From IMG/VR virus record IMGVR_UViG_3300030098_006079: a DNA stretch of 64,000 bases. One strand, given 5' to 3'. The DNA comes from a virus. Lineage: Duplodnaviria > Caudoviricetes. How positions within the stretch are numbered: the stretch's first letter is position 1; each line of letters starts with the position of its first letter. This document shows, piece after piece, positions 47,519-55,815 of this stretch. The notes under the pieces were generated by a model. That model was not told the origin of the DNA and ran no database searches. It was given only the letters and a program-made list of their open reading frames with translations. A program made the position numbers and the translations under genes.

Positions 47519-47523
47519 GAGTT

Positions 47524-47925
47524 ATGCCTAGTATACAAGCAGCTAAGCCTGAGATTAAAGAGATCTTTTTCAACGGCGTACAATACAAGCCTAATCAGAA
47601 GGATGTTGAAGAAATTACTTTCTTAGGAACTAAGACCATTCAAGCTAAAGTAAAAGAAAACTTAACTATTTTTTGGAACCCACTTACATGGGACTGGACT
47701 AAGGCAGCAGACAAGAGCGCTTATGAAACCAAATACAAGAGGAAGACTAGACCTGTGTATTTTAAGGAAAAGGTATTTCTTGTTGAGACTTCTAAAATGA
47801 AAAAAGGTATTGTCGATGACGAGTTTGTTGACACTGCAGAGCTACCAATTGGTATTGTTGTATATTGGGAACCTGATACAGAGCAATGGCAAATGTTAGG
47901 TTATAAAGAAAACTTACTTCGATAG
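47524..47925 (+). CDS. Hypothetical protein
   Basis: In-frame ATG (MPSIQ) avoids the overlap with the divergent radical SAM gene; no motif recognised. Confidence 0.6.
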   Translation: MPSIQAAKPEIKEIFFNGVQYKPNQKDVEEITFLGTKTIQAKVKENLTIFWNPLTWDWTKAADKSAYETKYKRKTRPVYFKEKVFLVETSKMKKGIVDDEFVDTAELPIGIVVYWEPDTEQWQMLGYKENLLR

Positions 47926-47929
47926 ATGA

Positions 47930-48892
47930 GTGAAAAAAACTGCTTGTATCTATACTTCTAATACTGGAGTAGGTTTAGTAGCAGATGTAGATCTACTTCA
48001 GGATTTATTATTTGATTACTATGATGTTGATGTCGTATATTTTGAGCATAATATTAATTCTACATCTTCTAAAGATTATGTTCCTAAAGAGTATGATGTA
48101 GGTATATACATACAAGAATTTTTCCCAGAGAGTTTGCTATGTAATAAGAAAAATATTTTTTTCGTTAATGAAGAGTGGCTTAATTCAACAAATATTAAAC
48201 ACATACGAGATTTTGACAAAGTAATATGTAAGTCAACATTTAGTCAGCAATTATTATCCCCATACAATAATAATGTAGTTAATTGCGGGTTTATTTCTAG
48301 AGATAAATATGACTCTAACATTCCACGGAAAAACATGTTTTTACACTTAGGTGGTAAAAGCTGGCAAAAAGGTACAGAATCTGTTCTTAATATTTTTAAT
48401 AAAAACGAACTACCGTTAACATTTATACAAAGTAATAAGAACTATGATAACTCTGATAAAGATAAAAATATTACATATATAAATACCTTTTTAGACGTAA
48501 GGGAGTTAAATAGACTTTTTAATACCTCTTCTATTCATTTATGTCCAAGTATATATGAAGGATGGGGACATTATTTGTATGAAGCTTTATCGGTTGGTGC
48601 ACTTACATACGTAACAAAACTACCTATGTTTATCGAGTGGTTAGATCCAGAATTGGTAGTTTTCAATGATTGTGTTTATAGTGGTTTGAATGATGATTTC
48701 TTATTTTTACATAAAAGAAAAAATACTTTACACCAATTCGGCTGGTTGGTTGATGAGTCTTGTTTAGAAAATAATATTAACGAACATCAAAAACATTTAG
48801 AAAAACATAATCCTGCTAAAGTAAGAGATTATTTTCGTCACCTAAACGATAAAAACTCTGGTACTCTCTTAAACCACTTGTTAGATTTGTAG
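47930..48892 (+). CDS. GT-B (GT4-like) glycosyltransferase
   Basis: NEEW, FLHLGGKSWQKGT, HLCPSIYEGWGHYLYEALSVGA. Confidence 0.75.
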   Translation: MKKTACIYTSNTGVGLVADVDLLQDLLFDYYDVDVVYFEHNINSTSSKDYVPKEYDVGIYIQEFFPESLLCNKKNIFFVNEEWLNSTNIKHIRDFDKVICKSTFSQQLLSPYNNNVVNCGFISRDKYDSNIPRKNMFLHLGGKSWQKGTESVLNIFNKNELPLTFIQSNKNYDNSDKDKNITYINTFLDVRELNRLFNTSSIHLCPSIYEGWGHYLYEALSVGALTYVTKLPMFIEWLDPELVVFNDCVYSGLNDDFLFLHKRKNTLHQFGWLVDESCLENNINEHQKHLEKHNPAKVRDYFRHLNDKNSGTLLNHLLDL

Positions 48893-49685
48893 TTGGTAAC
48901 TCTTCAATAAAGTCTTTTCTTTGATCCACCCACTTTATAAAATCTTGCGCATTAATTGTAATTAGCGCGCATTCACAATCATTAATACCCGCTGTAATAT
49001 ATAGCTCTTCATTTATAGTTCGTACACACATAACAAACACACATCTGTTTTTATTCTTTTTAAATTTATAAGGGTTTGTTTTTGTTGGTGGGTAGAACAA
49101 AGGCTTTGGTACATAAAATTTTGGTCGTAAGTTTTCAAGCTCTACTACTCCTTGATAATATCTTCTTGTGTTTACTGTATGACCTTTATAAGAATGAAAA
49201 ATAATAAATTGTCTGTCATTAATTTCAAACATATTACTACTTAAATGAAAAACATCTCCATACTTCCAATCCATATTGTACTCAATCCGCTCTTTATAGT
49301 TTGGTCCTTTAATTACTAATGGCTTAATTTTATAAAAATATTTTTCTTGATCTATAAACTGCCAGTTTTTTTCCCAAGCGTGACCGCTAGTAAGAGCTTC
49401 CTTATCTTTCATAAGAAAACATTCTACTTTAGGAGCATCATACTTTACATATGTAAAACTATTTTTTGATATTAGTCTAGGATCTTCTAAACTAAAATAA
49501 GGATCTTCTAATATTGTTTTCGGTTCGGTAAGAGTTTTATTTATGTGGTCAAATTTGTATTCTACAATTTTACTTCTATAGTTCTTACCTTCAACTCGAA
49601 CTAAAGCTCTATCATCCCAAAAAGACCAGTTATAAGAGTTTGTATCCTGATCAGGACTGAGCAAGATATATACTTTTTTCTTCAT
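48816..49685 (-). CDS. Possible beta-propeller glycosidase/phosphorylase-like protein
   Basis: LEDPRL, EKNW, AGINDC motifs reminiscent of GH130-like proteins. Start chosen at MKKKV. Confidence 0.45.
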   Translation of the reverse strand: MKKKVYILLSPDQDTNSYNWSFWDDRALVRVEGKNYRSKIVEYKFDHINKTLTEPKTILEDPYFSLEDPRLISKNSFTYVKYDAPKVECFLMKDKEALTSGHAWEKNWQFIDQEKYFYKIKPLVIKGPNYKERIEYNMDWKYGDVFHLSSNMFEINDRQFIIFHSYKGHTVNTRRYYQGVVELENLRPKFYVPKPLFYPPTKTNPYKFKKNKNRCVFVMCVRTINEELYITAGINDCECALITINAQDFIKWVDQRKDFIEELPTTNLTSGLREYQSFYRLGDENNLLL

Positions 49686-50220
49686 CGCTTTGGTAATCAG
49701 TAACCCATGTGTAGTTAGCAAACTTGTGTCTTAATATACCTCCAACATCTCCAGGGGTAATTAAAATTTTATATCTTGAGTTAATGTCATTAATTGGATC
49801 TGTTATTTGTCGTGGGTTGTCGAAATTATGCTGCAGGACATCTTTACACAGTACAAGATCATATTGCCCTATATGCTCAAAATCTTCGGCAGTTACATCC
49901 TTACATATAAAAGTGTAGTCAGGGTATTTTTTTGCATGGGATTCAATTAAAGCATTTGCGCAATCGATGCCAATATAATCTACGTTTGGAAACTTTCGCA
50001 GAAGTAATGGCATCCATTGAAAATCCCCACAACCAATATCTACGATACTACTTATTAAATTTTTCGTTATAAATTTTTCAAACCATTTAATAAGAATTTT
50101 ATTATTTTTGACAAAACTACCACGACCGGATCCTTCTCCTTTAAACCCTCCGTGCTTGTAGATGTTTTTCCATTCCTCTGCGGTAATGTTACTTAAATCT
50201 ATCTCATCACAATAATTCAT
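49651..50220 (-). CDS. Class I SAM methyltransferase
   Basis: GSGRGS, IVDIGCGDFQW, YIGID, DLVLCKDVLQH. Confidence 0.85.
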   Translation of the reverse strand: MNYCDEIDLSNITAEEWKNIYKHGGFKGEGSGRGSFVKNNKILIKWFEKFITKNLISSIVDIGCGDFQWMPLLLRKFPNVDYIGIDCANALIESHAKKYPDYTFICKDVTAEDFEHIGQYDLVLCKDVLQHNFDNPRQITDPINDINSRYKILITPGDVGGILRHKFANYTWVTDYQSDEEKSIYLAQS

Positions 50221-50247
50221 TGATTTTTGCTCTAGTTATTTTATAAT
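50220..50247 (+). promoter_or_regulatory. sigma70-like promoter of DUF366 gene, apparently leaderless
   Basis: TTGATT-N16-TATAAT-N7-ATG, with the same boxes and spacing as the queD promoter. Confidence 0.65.
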
Positions 50248-50254
50248 ACTTAGT

Positions 50255-50842
50255 ATGATTTTGAGAGATATCGATATCTATGATGGTAATCTTATTCACG
50301 GGCGGTTTGCATATAAATATTTTCGCAAAAAAACTCTTCCGATTGGTAACATTGTTGCGTTTCGGGCACCGATGAAGGTTGAAACAGAAGGAATGATTGA
50401 TAATGAAGACCTACTTAATAATGATTTTATATATTCAGATGATGCTGTTAATTTTTGCTGGGAGTTGCCTAATCTTGACCCTCTTGGTGCTGTATTCTTT
50501 CAGCGACTACTTAATACACAAATTGCAAACCTTTTATCAACGAAATATCTCAACGCACCTATTGAAGTAGATGGTGATGACCTAATCGTACATAAAGAAT
50601 TCGAACAACACGGCATCATTCAACCAAAAGGTAAGTGCAGCGTGAGTATTACCTACTCACGGAACAATGTCGCGCTTGGTCACACAGCAATTAACGTTGT
50701 AGCAGGTCAAAAGGCACCTTCTTTTGCATTTTCCACGAATTTAACCGATAATCAGGTGGAAGAATTCATGAAAATCGTGGTAGATACCTACTATTCCATG
50801 GTGGATGACGCGTTTATCGCAACTACAAAACTGACATTGTGA
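50255..50842 (+). CDS. DUF366 family protein (biotin/lipoate ligase-like fold)
   Basis: YDG..I..RFAY..F, IVAFR, V..E.MID.EDL, I.SDD, Q.LL, GDD, KCSVSI, H..INV follow the DUF366 pattern as I recall it. Confidence 0.75.
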   Translation: MILRDIDIYDGNLIHGRFAYKYFRKKTLPIGNIVAFRAPMKVETEGMIDNEDLLNNDFIYSDDAVNFCWELPNLDPLGAVFFQRLLNTQIANLLSTKYLNAPIEVDGDDLIVHKEFEQHGIIQPKGKCSVSITYSRNNVALGHTAINVVAGQKAPSFAFSTNLTDNQVEEFMKIVVDTYYSMVDDAFIATTKLTL

Positions 50843-50911
50843 GGTCGAGTTCTATGTCCAAATTTTTTTCGCAAAACTTTGATGAATTTACTATAAGGTT
50901 TTTAGACTGTC

Positions 50912-51433
50912 ATGAATTTAGTAGAGAGAATACCAATCGGGAGTAAATTTCCCGACACTATAAATTGTATTATTGAGATACCGAAAGGTACAAGCGCGAA
51001 ATATGAATATAACGAAGAGTTAAACATATTTCAGCTAGCAAGGTGCTTGTACAGCTCGATGATATATACAGCATCGTACGGCTTCATACCTCAAACCTAT
51101 GCGCTTGATGATGACCCATTAGATATTATTGTTTATAACAATATACCTATACAAACCGGTGCATTGGTTGAAGTTAGGCCAATCGCGACGTTAGATATGA
51201 CCGACAATGGAGATAAAGACTATAAAGTCGTAGCTGTACCTGTAAGTCATGTCAAGGAATACCGCACATTAAAGGATCTTGAACCACACTGGGTTAGTAC
51301 TACTCTTAATTTCTTCTCTCATTATAAAGATCTTGAAGATAAAGTAGTTGAGATAGACGGGTGGTTGTCTAAATCCCGTACTAAAAAAATAATTACCGAC
51401 GCTCACAATAGATACAATGCCAAAAACAATTAA
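50912..51433 (+). CDS. ppa: Soluble (family I) inorganic pyrophosphatase
   Basis: IEIPKG..AKYE, YGFIPQT, DDDPLD, DKDYK, FF.HYK.LE. Confidence 0.92.
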   Translation: MNLVERIPIGSKFPDTINCIIEIPKGTSAKYEYNEELNIFQLARCLYSSMIYTASYGFIPQTYALDDDPLDIIVYNNIPIQTGALVEVRPIATLDMTDNGDKDYKVVAVPVSHVKEYRTLKDLEPHWVSTTLNFFSHYKDLEDKVVEIDGWLSKSRTKKIITDAHNRYNAKNN

Positions 51434-51797
51434 CAATGTCTTTGACATCATTAATAATATTGCTTTTGATTCTCACATTGTCGATATCAATATTGCCGAT
51501 CGTAAATTATATTCTCCGTATATTACGAATAGGTATCTTACTTTTGTTAACTCTAAAACTGCTCATTTGGTTAATGACACCGTCAACAAATATGGGCTTG
51601 TATATAATCCTTTAGAGCATTACAAATTTTTATTTCATTTAATACCTAAGACTAAACGTAAGTTTATAAGATACGCGAAGAAGAAAAAAAAGACAGAAAA
51701 TAATTTTGAAACAATTGCAAAAAAATATAATTTATCTTCAAGAGAGGTACGATTGTATTCGGAACAATTTGATGTAAATATTCCAAAGTATGAATAG
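51417..51797 (+). CDS. gp62: Clamp loader small subunit-like
   Basis: YSPYITNRYL, HYKFL...IPKTKRKF..YAKK. Confidence 0.6.
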   Translation: MPKTINNVFDIINNIAFDSHIVDINIADRKLYSPYITNRYLTFVNSKTAHLVNDTVNKYGLVYNPLEHYKFLFHLIPKTKRKFIRYAKKKKKTENNFETIAKKYNLSSREVRLYSEQFDVNIPKYE

Positions 51798-52272
51798 TAA
51801 GCAACAAAAAGCATATGACGCGCAGTTAGATAAAATGAATTTAACTGACAGCCAACGCGACGGGTTCGACCATTCAGCAAAACGTAGCTTAATTGATTTT
51901 GATACATATCAGAACACCGATAGTTTTAGTCTACATGGTTATAGTTTGAGTCAGGTTATGGATGATATTGTTTTAGCGCAATATGTTGACCTAACTGAAG
52001 ATGGTACTGCTGTTAAGCGCGGAGAAATTTTCATTCCATTATCACAAGTACAGAGAACATGGAGAATGGCTCGCGTCGTTTTAGCTGGACCTATGTGTAA
52101 GTTCGCTAAACCAGGTGACATTGTTTGCTTCCCTGACGATAAAGGAATTAAAGTCGATAATTTGACAGTTACTGGTTATGACCTGCCTTTGAGGAATTGT
52201 TTGTTTTTAAATGAGCAGCGCTTTTTTGGTATATGTGAAGAGTTAAAAGAAGATGATAATAGGTCTGAGTAA
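51790..52272 (+). CDS. GroES/gp31-like co-chaperonin
   Basis: DDIVL, GEIFIP, ARVVLAGP.CK.AKPGDIV. Confidence 0.6.
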   Translation: MNSKQQKAYDAQLDKMNLTDSQRDGFDHSAKRSLIDFDTYQNTDSFSLHGYSLSQVMDDIVLAQYVDLTEDGTAVKRGEIFIPLSQVQRTWRMARVVLAGPMCKFAKPGDIVCFPDDKGIKVDNLTVTGYDLPLRNCLFLNEQRFFGICEELKEDDNRSE

Positions 52273-52630
52273 TCTGAAATCAATCTTACTTAGTAAGGTT
52301 TGTGAGGTTAAATTTACTAGACGAAATATTAAGCCTGGTCGTCCAGCAACTCGACGTATGTTATGTACTAACAATGTACAATTACTAAACTCAGTTGAAG
52401 GGCGTACCGTACTAAATTATGCACCACCTGTTCGTGCTCCGAAATATAATCCTAATCAAGAAAATTTAATCATTACATGGGACATATTAATGCAAGACTT
52501 TCGTACTATCAATTGCGATACAGTTGATTTAGTAAGTACGTTAGAAGCTGATCAAAGCTTTTGGAGTTATTTAAATGAAAAAATCGCTCCTATGACAGCT
52601 GATGAAAAAATTAATTTTATGAATACATGA
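52253..52630 (+). CDS. WYL-like / DUF2693-type SH3-barrel protein
   Basis: VCEVKFT, RRMLCT, ITWD....DFRTIN. Confidence 0.55.
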   Translation: MIIGLSNLKSILLSKVCEVKFTRRNIKPGRPATRRMLCTNNVQLLNSVEGRTVLNYAPPVRAPKYNPNQENLIITWDILMQDFRTINCDTVDLVSTLEADQSFWSYLNEKIAPMTADEKINFMNT

Positions 52631-52953
52631 CGTACGACGTAGTTGAAAATACATTAAAATCTCTATTACAGTCTAATGTAAGAATTGTCTCGAAGAAGAG
52701 ACAATTAGGGATTGGTGTGGTACAATTATTCGAAATAAAAGACTTTAACATTAAATTAATTTTTGATAACGGAAAAAAATTAGAAATATTATACCCATAT
52801 AATATTTTTAAAGAAAAGGGAACTCTTTTCTTCGATTACCGTTTAATCCATATCCACCAAGATGATATTATTTGGCGACCACAATGCAATAGATTAATCA
52901 CCAATAAACGCAACAAATATAATGACTTGCTTCTTTCTATAGAAAAGTTATAA
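52627..52953 (+). CDS. Hypothetical protein
   Basis: Start overlaps the upstream stop (ATGA); no motif recognised. Confidence 0.6.
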   Translation: MTYDVVENTLKSLLQSNVRIVSKKRQLGIGVVQLFEIKDFNIKLIFDNGKKLEILYPYNIFKEKGTLFFDYRLIHIHQDDIIWRPQCNRLITNKRNKYNDLLLSIEKL

Positions 52954-52954
52954 T
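52927..52954 (+). promoter_or_regulatory. sigma70-like promoter of the DinG-like helicase
   Basis: TTGCTT-N16-TATAAT-N8-ATG. Confidence 0.6.
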
Positions 52955-52962
52955 GTGCGTAT

Positions 52963-54630
52963 ATGGTGAGACATTTCCCTAAAGGCTTTACTCCTAACGG
53001 CAATCAAAAGCTCGCACTAGAAAGAATTGATGAAGCGTTCAATAATGGTGTTAAGTTTGTTGTTGTTCAAGGCCCGACAGGTTGTGGTAAGAGCTATATA
53101 GCTAAAGCAGTAGCTAATAGTACCTCACCGATCCCTCAAGTATTACGCGACCGTATAAATGATTACTCTGCATATAATGTAAAATGGTCAAACGGGGAAT
53201 TTGATTATGAATATGCAGATGATTTTAATGAAAAGGGTTACGGAGCTTCTATCTTAACCACTACAAAAAATCTACAAGATCAATATGAAAGAGACTTTAA
53301 AGATATAGAGCCATTAAAAGGTAAAAATTCCTACATATGTAATTTAAATAATAGAGATACAGCTGATAATGCTCCGTGTGCGGTGAGCACTAACGTAAAA
53401 CGGTCCTGTTGGGATTGTAAGCAGTGTGATTATTATGAGCAAAGAAACAAATCAATTAGCTCAAAAATAAGTATTGAGAATTATTCTAGTTTTTTTCACA
53501 AACCAGATCATCTTAAGAATAGAGAAATAATAATTTGTGACGAAGCATCCGAGTTAGAGGATGTTATCGTAAGTAGGTTTAGTTGTACTCTAGAGCATGG
53601 TAAATTACGTAAGCATGATCTTTCTATCCGATATACAGATAATAGAAAAGTATTCAAAGCCCGGTTATTTGATTTGTATGAGGATGTTAAAATAAAGTAC
53701 GATCAAGCGCGCAAGATAATTACCACACATGAAAACAATCAGAAGGATATTGTCCCCACTGTCAAAGATTCAACTAGGCAGAGTTATAAATTTTTAGGTG
53801 ATCTTAAAAACTCGCTTAAACTTGTCGTAGAAACATGGTCCCAATCCAATTACATTATTAATAAAGATGTAGATAATGGTAGATCGTATATAAAATTAAT
53901 TCCTCTTAAGGTTGATGTATTAGCGCAACACTTATTTAGGTATGCAGATAAGGTTTTGCTATTGTCAGCTACGTTTGTGGATTATAAACGCTATATGATA
54001 TCGCTAGGTGTGGAGCAAGATAATTATACATTTATAGATTTACCGTCAAGCTTTGATTCAAAAAAATCGCCTATAAGATTGATGCCACTTTCTATTAATA
54101 GAAAAAATATTGAATCCCTGATGCCTACAGTAGTTAAACGTATTAACTATATTCTCGATCTTCATAAACATGATAAGGGTATGATACATACTCAATCTAA
54201 TGATATCACAAGTAAGCTATATGATAGAATAACTGATAAGAGATTGTTGTATAGGATAAGAGGAGAAGCGACTAATAAAGATATATTAGAAGAACATGTT
54301 CGTAGAAAGGATCCTACAGTATTGGTGAGCCCGTCTATGAGCTTTGGTGTAGATCTGAAAGGAGACTTAGGCACATTCTGTATTGTAGTAAAGACACCAT
54401 GGCCTGATCTAAATTCACCGCGCGTTAAAGCTATGACTGAGTTAGCTGGTAAGTGGTATAATAATAAGATGTTTTCTACTCTCATCCAGCAATGTGGACG
54501 GTGTACAAGAGATGTGAACGATATATCTACTACATATATTATTGATGGTGGTCATATATTAAGGCTAATTAACGAGCAAAACTATAGTGAGTTATTACCT
54601 AAATATTTTACAGACCGGTTTCGTGATTAA
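52963..54630 (+). CDS. DinG/XPD-like SF2 helicase
   Basis: Q-motif, GPTGCGKS, TTTKNLQDQY, Cys cluster, CDEA, LLSAT, SFGVDL, QQCGRCTR..ND. Confidence 0.85.
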   Translation: MVRHFPKGFTPNGNQKLALERIDEAFNNGVKFVVVQGPTGCGKSYIAKAVANSTSPIPQVLRDRINDYSAYNVKWSNGEFDYEYADDFNEKGYGASILTTTKNLQDQYERDFKDIEPLKGKNSYICNLNNRDTADNAPCAVSTNVKRSCWDCKQCDYYEQRNKSISSKISIENYSSFFHKPDHLKNREIIICDEASELEDVIVSRFSCTLEHGKLRKHDLSIRYTDNRKVFKARLFDLYEDVKIKYDQARKIITTHENNQKDIVPTVKDSTRQSYKFLGDLKNSLKLVVETWSQSNYIINKDVDNGRSYIKLIPLKVDVLAQHLFRYADKVLLLSATFVDYKRYMISLGVEQDNYTFIDLPSSFDSKKSPIRLMPLSINRKNIESLMPTVVKRINYILDLHKHDKGMIHTQSNDITSKLYDRITDKRLLYRIRGEATNKDILEEHVRRKDPTVLVSPSMSFGVDLKGDLGTFCIVVKTPWPDLNSPRVKAMTELAGKWYNNKMFSTLIQQCGRCTRDVNDISTTYIIDGGHILRLINEQNYSELLPKYFTDRFRD

Positions 54631-54633
54631 ATA
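54628..54633 (+). promoter_or_regulatory. Putative late promoter
   Basis: TAAATA-N6-ATG upstream of gp15. Confidence 0.55.
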
Positions 54634-54639
54634 TTTATA

Positions 54640-55323
54640 ATGAAAAATCAATACTATGGTTTTGAGTTAAAAGACATGATAAGGCAGTTTATTTCTGCCT
54701 TCAATAGTATTGTTGTCAATAGATATAATAGAGACAAGAGCGTAGTCGACCAGCTTGCAGTTAGTTTTTATTATGGTCCGAAAGAAAGAGCGATACATGA
54801 TGTAATTAATAAAGCATCATCCTTGAAGCTGCCCGTTGTAGCAGTTCATTATACATCTATTAATAGAGACCCAGATCGAGTTTTTAATAAGATACCTGGT
54901 TTTTATTATACAAAAGCCCCATCTGTGAGCGCTGGTGCTCTTGATTCTGACCATTTAAAAACACCACTCCCAGTTAACGTTGGTATTAAAATGTCTATAA
55001 TGACAAAGTTTCAAACTGATATGGATCAGATTATTAGTAACTTCGCCCCATATAATAATCCATATATTGTTATTAGCTGGAAAATACCAACATCCCAAAA
55101 TTTAGCTAGTAACTATGAAATAAGGTCTGAGGTAATGTGGTCTGGAGATATTAGTCTAGATTATCCTATTGAAGTTACTGGTACACAACCAGCGCGTATT
55201 ATAGCTAGTACTGATTTTACTATCAAAGGTTGGTTATTCAAAGGACCGCCTGAGGAAGATACAAAAAATATATTCACTATCGATCAGCGGTTTGTCCCTG
55301 TTAGTGCTTTTAATTATGAGTAA
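54640..55323 (+). CDS. gp15: Tail sheath stabiliser/completion protein-like
   Basis: FISAFNSI.V.R, YGPKE, LP.......I.RD..R, QII..F.PY. Confidence 0.7.
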   Translation: MKNQYYGFELKDMIRQFISAFNSIVVNRYNRDKSVVDQLAVSFYYGPKERAIHDVINKASSLKLPVVAVHYTSINRDPDRVFNKIPGFYYTKAPSVSAGALDSDHLKTPLPVNVGIKMSIMTKFQTDMDQIISNFAPYNNPYIVISWKIPTSQNLASNYEIRSEVMWSGDISLDYPIEVTGTQPARIIASTDFTIKGWLFKGPPEEDTKNIFTIDQRFVPVSAFNYE

Positions 55324-55795
55324 GTTCATTAAATTAGATTCTACGCTTACGTCAGTTACTTCTTTTAGTGGTAATTTTGATGCGAGAGAGTTATCTGCAA
55401 GACCGGAATTTTCAGCTGATAATACTTATACTACTCTCAAACAAGGCTTTTCTGGTACTAGAACATTTACAGGGTATGGTTTTGATTCAGTACAAACTGT
55501 CCTTATCAGTTCAACGAATAATGCTATGTTGTTTACGAGCGAGACTACAGCTGCTCATTTTGGTAATTGGCCAATATCTGGTTTTTCATCTTTCTCTACA
55601 TTATGTGATGGTGCGACGTTGTCTCCTGAACTTTCAGGACTAATATTCAGCAATTATACAATAAATAACTATAATAGTATGACTCTTACGTTTCCTGAAA
55701 TAACAGCAACTGGCTCTATTGATATCATTCCTATTAATGCTGCAGGTTATGGTAGTTTAGTAAACGATATAAATACGACAATAACGATAAATTAA
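55316..55795 (+). CDS. Ser/Thr-rich, possibly Ig/IPT-like virion protein
   Basis: TFTGYGFDSV and G.IDIIPINAAGYG; located in the structural block. ATG chosen at 55316. Confidence 0.45.
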   Translation: MSKFIKLDSTLTSVTSFSGNFDARELSARPEFSADNTYTTLKQGFSGTRTFTGYGFDSVQTVLISSTNNAMLFTSETTAAHFGNWPISGFSSFSTLCDGATLSPELSGLIFSNYTINNYNSMTLTFPEITATGSIDIIPINAAGYGSLVNDINTTITIN

Positions 55796-55815
55796 TATGG
55801 TAATTATACCGCGCT

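Noticed and set aside
47926-47941. Possible phase-variable A7 tract or frameshift at the start of the GT4 gene (an out-of-frame ATG at 47926 would be in frame with A6)
   Set aside because: An in-frame GTG at 47930 already gives an intact protein, and A7 runs are common in this AT-rich DNA.
50843-50911. Possible promoter, terminator or mini-ORF between DUF366 and ppa
   Set aside because: No convincing hairpin or correctly spaced boxes; the mini-ORF has no supporting features.
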